The notes below the pieces were generated by a model. That model was not told the DNA's origin. It did no database searches and saw nothing but the letters and a program-made list of their open reading frames with translations. Made by a program: the position numbers and the translations under genes. A DNA stretch of 20,253 nt from Myxococcota bacterium (GTDB lineage: Bacteria; Myxococcota; UBA4151), in the NCBI GenBank assembly GCA_040260805.1, contig JBDQPD010000061.1, positions 1 through 20,253 on the forward strand, written 5' to 3'. Positions 8,267 to 14,281 of this stretch are shown in pieces. Each line of letters starts with the position of its first letter. The stretch's first letter is position 1.

Positions 8267-9313
8267 ATGGGGATTAAAGCGAAGGTCTTTGGCTTGGCCG
8301 AGCGCGGCTTGATCCCGGATGCGCTGGTGCGCGCAGGGATCCGCAACATGAGCCAGGAGACGGGGGCGGCGGCTCGATGCGCCACCCCCGAAGAGCGTGA
8401 AGAGCGCATGAGCGCGTGGGTTGCGCAGATGAACGAGAGCCCCATTGCGTTAGCGCCCGTCGAATCCAACGAGCAGCACTACGAGGTCCCGTCCGCCTTC
8501 TTCGGCGAGGTCTTAGGGCCGCACCGAAAATACTCCTGCGCCTACTGGGCTAAAGGCACCACGAGCTTAGCCCAGGCCGAGGCGGAGGGCCTTGAGCGCA
8601 CCTGCGCCAACGCCGGGCTAGTCGATGGGCAAAAGATCCTAGAGCTTGGCTGCGGCTGGGGCTCGCTGAGCTTGTTTATGGCGGCTCGCTACCCCAACGC
8701 GCAGATCACGGCGGTGTCGCATTCGCGCACGCAGCGAGAGACCATTTTAGGGCTCGCCGATGCGCGAGGTCTAAACAACATCGAGGTGATCACCTGCGAC
8801 ATGAACGACTTCGAGCCGCCCGAGCCCGGCAGCTACGACCGCGTGGTCTCGGTCGAGATGTTTGAGCACATGCGCAACTACGGGCTGCTGCTCAAGCGGA
8901 TCAGCACCTGGCTCAAGCCCGGCGGCAAACTCTTTGTCCACGTCTTTTGCCACAAAGAGACCGCCTACCCTTACGTGGACTCTGGCGACCCAAGCGACTG
9001 GATGACCCGCCACTTCTTCGCCGGCGGTATGATGCCCAGCGATGACCTGCTCACCCGCTTCCAGGACGACCTAAAGCTCGAGGAGCAGTGGCGCTGGAAC
9101 GGCAGCCATTACGGCAAAACGAGCGAAGCCTGGCTCGAGCTGATGGACCGCCGCAAAGCGACCGCCTACCCGATCCTCGCCGACACCTACGGCGACGACG
9201 TCAAGGTCTGGTGGGGTCGCTGGCGCATCTTCTTTATGGCCTGCGCCGAGTTCTTTGCGCTCAACGGCGGCGAGGAGTGGTACGTGAGCCATTACCGCTT
9301 TGTGCGGCCATAG
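8267..9313 (+). CDS. Second CFA/CMAS-family SAM-dependent methyltransferase (coclaurine N-methyltransferase-like subgroup)
   Basis: Motifs NEQHYEVP, KYSCAYW, LELGCGWGSLSL, SVEMFEHMRNY, WMTRHFFAGGMMPS, HYGKTSEAWL, WRIFFMACAEFF, EWYVSHYRF. Starts 2 nt after the cfa stop. Confidence 0.9.
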   Translation: MGIKAKVFGLAERGLIPDALVRAGIRNMSQETGAAARCATPEEREERMSAWVAQMNESPIALAPVESNEQHYEVPSAFFGEVLGPHRKYSCAYWAKGTTSLAQAEAEGLERTCANAGLVDGQKILELGCGWGSLSLFMAARYPNAQITAVSHSRTQRETILGLADARGLNNIEVITCDMNDFEPPEPGSYDRVVSVEMFEHMRNYGLLLKRISTWLKPGGKLFVHVFCHKETAYPYVDSGDPSDWMTRHFFAGGMMPSDDLLTRFQDDLKLEEQWRWNGSHYGKTSEAWLELMDRRKATAYPILADTYGDDVKVWWGRWRIFFMACAEFFALNGGEEWYVSHYRFVRP

Positions 9314-9407
9314 CGCCCTCGACAAACCGAGTTCGCTCGCTTGACGCACCGACCCGCTCACCCGAGTCTAAGCAAGGCTCGATGCTCGAGCGGAGGGTCA
9401 ACGCAGG

Positions 9408-11930
9408 ATGCAAGCACGACGCCTCTGGCTGTTCGCCGCTGCGCTGGCTGCTGGGTGTGCCCCGGCCGACGCGCCGGCGCCTGAGCCAGCACCCAAGGCG
9501 TGCCAAGCGGGCACCTGGGACCACGACAGCGACCCAGCCACCGCCTGCCAAGAGTGCGCGCCAGCCTGCGCGCCCGGCGCCACCCAGACCGCCGCCTGCG
9601 CCGCCACGAGCGATCGCGTCTGCACGCCCTGCGCCGAGGGCAGCTGGGACCACGACGGCGACCCAGCCACCGCCTGCCAAGACTGTGCGCCAGCCTGCGC
9701 GCCCGGTACCACCGAGACCACCGGCTGCGCCGCCACGAGCGATCGCGTCTGCACACCCTGCGCCGAGGGCAGCTGGGACCACGACGGCGACCCAGCCACC
9801 GCCTGCCAAAACTGCGCGCCAGCCTGCGCGCCCGGCGCCACCGAGACCGCCGCCTGTGCCGCCACGAGCGATCGTTTCTGCACGCCCTGCGCTGAGGGCA
9901 GCTGGGACCACGACAGCGACCCAGCGACCGCCTGCCAAGCCTGCGCCGCCGCCTGCACCCCCGGTCAAACCCAAGTCCAAGCCTGCTCAGCGACGACCGA
10001 TCGCGTCTGCTCAGGGTGCGCCGAGGACCACTACGATCAGGACCAAGACCCGCTCACCGAGTGCGACGAATGCGCCGTCTGCGCGCACGGCTCGACGCAG
10101 ACGCAAGCCTGCACCCCGCTCACCGACCGCAGCTGTCAAGCCTGTCAGCCAGGGACCACCGACGTCGACGCCGACCCGCTGACCGCCTGCACCGACTGCA
10201 GCGCCTGCCCCGCCAGCCAGATGAACCACGGGCTGTGCACCGCTCAAACCGACCGCAGCTGCCACGACTGCACCGACGACCGCCACAGCCAGGTCCCGAG
10301 CGTCAACCCGCAGCTTGCGAACCCCTTCGCCGACTGCCCGCCGGGCGACCCAACCTGCCTGCAGAGCATCGACCTCGCCGTCTTTTATGACGCCGCAGCG
10401 CTCGCCGACTTTGGCGGTGACCTCAACCAGCTCACGGGCTGGGTGCGCAACGCCATCCAGGCAGCCAACAACACGCAGCGCAACTCCATGCTGACGCCCG
10501 CCCAGCGCTACCGGCTCGCCGGCGTCCGCGCGTTCACGCTCGACGTCCGCCCCAGCTCGATCGGGTCGCTGGCTGCGGCGCGCTTCAACCAGCACACGCA
10601 GTCCGTGCGCCGATCCCTCGGCGCCGACATCAGCGTCTTCTTGGTCAGCGAGACCACCGGGCCTATGGGCTACTCGTACTTCCTCTATGGCCCGACCGTG
10701 CGCCCCGAGCGCGGCGCCGTGATCGTCAACACCGGCTACGGCGCGCACCCCAACTTCTGTGGCAGCTCAAGAAACCGCCTGCTGCTGGCGCATGAGCTCG
10801 CCCACATCCTAGGCACCAAGCACAACCGCGCCGTGCTCCCAGGCGGCAGCGGCACCGCCTACGCCTACCACAACCTCGAGCCCTACCACCGCCGCAACGA
10901 AGCCTTCGGCCAAGCGGTCAGTCAGCACAACCTGAGCTTCTACACCGTCACCGGCTACAGCACGTACCGCCCAGGCCCCAACAACGAGACGAGGTCCTGT
11001 CCGGACTGCACGCGCATCCCCTTCTACGCCTCGCCCGACCTGTGGTGGGTATTTAGTGAACACGACCCACTCTACGGCGGCTGCTTGGCGCTTCAGACGT
11101 TGGATGACGGGCGGCTTCAGCTCGCCTGCAGCGCCGACGACCCGTGGCGGGTTGTCGACGGCAGCTATCAACTCAACCCGGGCGCCTTGCGCGCGTTGCC
11201 GGTTGCGGAGCTGCTCAGCCGAGCGGTCCCGCTCGGTGTCGACCAGCCTCGGTTTACGCACCCCGAGACGCAAGACGAGGTGGTCGACGCAACCAGCTCT
11301 CGAGCGCGCGACACCGTCGCCGAGCTCTGGCAGGCGCGGGCAAACGCCGCCAAGCCACTCGACCCTCGCTGCAACGTGGATTGCGCCGGGCAGCACCGCA
11401 TCGCCTGCGCCGTCGGCGAGCTGCAATGCGGCGCCTGCTTGCCGGGCTATGCAGAGTTCGCAGACACCTGCTACCCGCGCCGCACCATCGACCGCAACGA
11501 CCCGCGCCATGACGAGCGCTACACCCCCTCGGGCGTCTTTGCGGCGCCGAGCGGGCAAGCTCAGACCACGATCACGCTCGCCGGCCCCTCCGACCTGTTT
11601 CGCGTCGAGCTCTATCTGGGCACCACCGACGCACAGGGCGCCCCCGACTACGCCTGGGCGGACGCCTCAGCGCACTCGCTCAACCTGCCTTGGGCGCCAG
11701 CGCATCGCTTCACCGTCGAGGCGCTCCACAGCGACAACCGCGTCACCGAGCTGAGCGGCTTTGAGGTGCTCAATGATTCGAACAACCAGCGCGACAGCAG
11801 CCTGGTCTTTGTGATGACCGCCGATGAGTGGATCGAGGACGTCAGCGGCCTGCGGCTGACGCTTACCGCCGAGCAAGGCGACTACGGCATCAGCCTGCTT
11901 GAGTTGCGCAGTTTTGGGCAAGCTCGCTGA
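9408..11930 (+). CDS. Lipoprotein with six TNFR-like Cys-rich repeats, a reprolysin-like (M12B-type) zinc metalloprotease domain, a Cys-rich module and a C-terminal beta domain
   Basis: Lipobox ALAAG-C. Cys repeats of about 43 aa. IDLAVFYD strand, GADISVFL, zinc motif HELAHILGTKH (10791-10823), CPDCTRIPFYASP. GGAGG upstream. Confidence 0.85.
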   Translation: MQARRLWLFAAALAAGCAPADAPAPEPAPKACQAGTWDHDSDPATACQECAPACAPGATQTAACAATSDRVCTPCAEGSWDHDGDPATACQDCAPACAPGTTETTGCAATSDRVCTPCAEGSWDHDGDPATACQNCAPACAPGATETAACAATSDRFCTPCAEGSWDHDSDPATACQACAAACTPGQTQVQACSATTDRVCSGCAEDHYDQDQDPLTECDECAVCAHGSTQTQACTPLTDRSCQACQPGTTDVDADPLTACTDCSACPASQMNHGLCTAQTDRSCHDCTDDRHSQVPSVNPQLANPFADCPPGDPTCLQSIDLAVFYDAAALADFGGDLNQLTGWVRNAIQAANNTQRNSMLTPAQRYRLAGVRAFTLDVRPSSIGSLAAARFNQHTQSVRRSLGADISVFLVSETTGPMGYSYFLYGPTVRPERGAVIVNTGYGAHPNFCGSSRNRLLLAHELAHILGTKHNRAVLPGGSGTAYAYHNLEPYHRRNEAFGQAVSQHNLSFYTVTGYSTYRPGPNNETRSCPDCTRIPFYASPDLWWVFSEHDPLYGGCLALQTLDDGRLQLACSADDPWRVVDGSYQLNPGALRALPVAELLSRAVPLGVDQPRFTHPETQDEVVDATSSRARDTVAELWQARANAAKPLDPRCNVDCAGQHRIACAVGELQCGACLPGYAEFADTCYPRRTIDRNDPRHDERYTPSGVFAAPSGQAQTTITLAGPSDLFRVELYLGTTDAQGAPDYAWADASAHSLNLPWAPAHRFTVEALHSDNRVTELSGFEVLNDSNNQRDSSLVFVMTADEWIEDVSGLRLTLTAEQGDYGISLLELRSFGQAR
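9501..10262 (+). repeat. Intragenic tandem repeat, 129-bp (43-aa) unit: three near-identical copies, a fourth diverging in its second half, and two degenerate copies
   Basis: TGGGACCACGAC recurs at 9516, 9645, 9774 and 9903, an exact 129-bp period. Unit: WDHDxDPATACQxCAPACAPGxTxTxxCAATSDRVCTPCAEGS. Confidence 0.95.
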
Positions 11931-12777
11931 GTATCTCCTCTGCTGGAGCGCCGCATCGAAACCCCCTTACGATGGCCGCGTCACCGGCACGACCAGCATC
12001 TGATTGGCCGGTATCAGCGGCTGTACCGCTGTCGATTGTGCCGCTATCCATTGCGCCGGTATCCGCCGCAGCGCCTGCGCCAACATCACCAGCAGGTCCA
12101 GCGCCGGGCGCAACCGGCGGCTCTTCACCGTCTTGCAGGACCGCCAAACGCACCGACCGCCCAGGTAAGGCGTTGCCGAATTGGTCACGCAAGCGCACCT
12201 GCACCAAATTGCCGCTCGATTGATCGCGATCGAGCACCATGAGCGTGTCTTCGCCGGCGAGCGGGTCGACCACTTGACCGGTCTCCCAGGCAAAGCTGCC
12301 CAAGCCCGAGACCTCGACACCGACGACAGCCTCCGAGGCATCGGGCACAACGATCAGCGCTTCGACCTGCGGCGCTAAACCCGGCACTTTGATCTCAAGG
12401 TCGACCGCGCCAGCGGGCCCCTCGTTGCTCAAAATAATAAAGCAGACGCCGTCGTCGTTGGTCACGCAGCTTGCGCCCTGCGGCAGCTTAAAGACCTCGC
12501 GCCAGCGCTCGGTTTTAAGCCCAAACTGCACCAACGTTCCAGCCAGCGGCTGCCCATCTTGGGCGAGCACGGTAGCGCCCGCTTGCACGGCAGTTCCGGC
12601 GAGGATCTGGTCGTTGTTCACGGCGTCGCCGGCGCCCTCAAAACCCTCGGCGATGGTCAAGCCGGTAAAGCGGACCTCGGTGGGCAGCCGCTCACCCGAT
12701 TCGCTCGGTAAAGACGGCAGGGCATCACAGGCGCACAGCGCAGCCAAGGACAGACAAAAGCTTAGGTGCCGAAACAT
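11890..12777 (-). pseudogene. 3'-truncated lipoprotein, paralogue of the N-terminus of the giant protein at 14282->20253 (Ig-like/Big-1 domains); may be expressed as a 295-aa fragment
   Basis: Lipobox ALCA-C and GGAGG RBS. Colinear similarity to the giant ORF: GQPLAG/GEPLAG, CVTNDDGVC/CLSDAQGQC, LGSFAW/LGTLEW, LVQVRLRDQFGNALPGR/LVRVRLLDGFDNPLSGR, CGAPAEEILSELA/CAAPGDDELPSLA. Ends inside the 3' end of the convergent gene (41-bp overlap). Confidence 0.7.
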
Positions 12778-12942
12778 ACGACCCTCCAGGAGGCGACAGA
12801 CTCTGCGCTTTGGCGGCTTGAGCGGTCAAGCGAGTCACGCGGCCGATGACTAGTCGGCGCACTAGGGAGCATTGTGGGCAGCCTTTTGCGCACCACAGAT
12901 GTACGCTAGACGGACTCGCCAAAGCTGCCCGAAAGGCCCGCC

Positions 12943-13914
12943 ATGAACCCCTATCATCGACTGACGCGGCGACGCTGTGCGCCCTTAATGCTGATGGCGG
13001 CGGGGCTGCTCGCCTGCCCCGAGCCCATCCCTGCACCTCCTGACGCAGGCGCTGTGGCTTTGGCGGACACCGGCGGCGCCCAAGCCGACGCCCAGGTCCA
13101 GCAGGACGCGGCGCCAGGGGATGCAGGCGCAGCCGAAGCCGGCGCCTCCGACGCCAGCGCAGGGCTCGCCGATGCGGGCGCTCCGCTCGACGCAGGCGCC
13201 GCCCCGGATGCGGCGACGCCACGCCCAGACGCTGGGGTGGAGCCGCCAGGCTGCGGGCAGTACGTCCGCTTTACCCTGCACGGCACGGTCACCGCGGTCG
13301 AGGCGCCCGACCCAACCAGCGTTCGGATCTGGCAGACCCGGCTCGTCAACGAGCCGGTGCGGATCGTGGTCACCTACGACGCCACGGTCGCCGACAGCCG
13401 CCAGCAGGGTGATTTCGGTCAATACCGGCAGCCCGGAGAGACCACCAACATGACGATCGTCATGGCGGCGATTCAAGACAACTACACTCGGCCGATGAGC
13501 TTCTTCGTCGAGCCCTTTAACGACTTCGAGACCCAAGGTGACCGCCTAAAATTGGTGAGCAACTACCAGCTTATGGGCGGCGTCATCGCCCAAGCGATGG
13601 TCGACTTTCATGACGAATCCGAGACCGCGCTCGACAGCGTGGCGCTCCCGGGCGCGGTGCCCTCGCTCGCTGATTATCCTCAGGGCGCAACGCTGCGGAT
13701 CACCCGATCGTCGATCGGCGGCCTCGACCCCGAGGCGGCGCAGCGGGAGGCGTGCATGCGCCTGCAAGAAGGCGAGCCCTGCCGTTACGCCAACGAGCTC
13801 GGTCAGTGCCGTGACTCACGGCGTGGGTTGATCTGCGTGAGCATCAACGCGTGGCCCGAGCAAGCCACCATCAGCGCCCGGATTGATCGGGTTGAGGATC
13901 AGTGCTCGGAGTAG
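12943..13914 (+). CDS. Hypothetical lipoprotein with a DAG-rich linker, a beta-rich domain and a C-terminal Cys motif
   Basis: Signal peptide ...LMLMAAGLLA-C. Low-complexity DAG/DTG linker. FTLHGTVTAV...VVTYD strands. ACMRLQEGEPC..C..C motif. GC-rich codon usage like neighbouring genes. Confidence 0.8.
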   Translation: MNPYHRLTRRRCAPLMLMAAGLLACPEPIPAPPDAGAVALADTGGAQADAQVQQDAAPGDAGAAEAGASDASAGLADAGAPLDAGAAPDAATPRPDAGVEPPGCGQYVRFTLHGTVTAVEAPDPTSVRIWQTRLVNEPVRIVVTYDATVADSRQQGDFGQYRQPGETTNMTIVMAAIQDNYTRPMSFFVEPFNDFETQGDRLKLVSNYQLMGGVIAQAMVDFHDESETALDSVALPGAVPSLADYPQGATLRITRSSIGGLDPEAAQREACMRLQEGEPCRYANELGQCRDSRRGLICVSINAWPEQATISARIDRVEDQCSE

Positions 13915-13934
13915 CTGCGCATCAAGCTTCTCGA

Positions 13935-14100
13935 CTAGGCTGAGATCGGCAGCCGCTCACCCGACTCACTCGGTAAGCCAGGCAACGAATCACAAGCGCT
14001 AGATGCTAAGATCGAGACGCAAAAACTCAGACGCCAACACATAGGACGCTCCGCAGGATGCGGGCGTGTGTGCTTGGGCGGGTTGTGGGGTAAAGGAAGT
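13935..14100 (-). pseudogene. Gene remnant: upstream region plus signal peptide/lipobox homologous to the 12777 gene, truncated after about 32 codons
   Basis: ATG at 14042 gives MCWRLSFCVSILASSACDSLPGLPSESGERLPISA*, versus MFRHLSFCLSLAALCACDALPSLPSESGERLPTEV in the 12777 gene. DNA similarity continues about 55 bp upstream of both ATGs (14043-14100 vs 12778-12835). Confidence 0.85.
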
Positions 14101-14164
14101 AGCCGATCCCTCAATACTGCTCGGCGACAAAGCAAACTCACCGCAAGCAATACACGCATCTTCG

Positions 14165-14248
14165 GCACCTCCCCAAAGGTGCACCTTTCGCGCCGAGCCT
14201 TCCCCCGGTCGAAGGGGGCGACGTTTGAGGAACAGACTTATTTAAGTC
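14165..14248. other. Cluster of palindromes/hairpins just downstream of the giant gene
   Basis: Perfect 14-bp palindrome AAAGGTGCACCTTT (14175-14188), CCCCC-N7-GGGGG (14202-14218), GACTTA-TT-TAAGTC (14235-14248). No clear U-tract. Confidence 0.4.
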
Positions 14249-14281
14249 AGCTAAGGCATGCTGATCAACTCAACAACTTCC

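Noticed and set aside
9501..9965. Possible CRISPR array
   Set aside because: The units are contiguous 129-bp coding repeats without unique spacers, and no cas genes are present.
9088..10182. Long repetitive alternative-frame and antisense ORFs (364, 239, 186 and 132 aa)
   Set aside because: They are by-products of the GC-rich 129-bp repeat, which lacks stops in several frames. Only the Cys-rich frame has a signal peptide and continues into a recognisable domain.
13935..14168. 77-aa ORF as an intact gene
   Set aside because: Only the part from ATG 14042 is meaningful, as a duplicate of the 12777 signal peptide. The upstream part corresponds to non-coding DNA homologous to the 12777 upstream region.
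14165..14248. Integron attC site or classical Rho-independent terminator
   Set aside because: I found no RYYYAAC/GTTRRRY core pair, no integrase and no U-tract after the stems. The region is kept only as an unexplained palindrome cluster.
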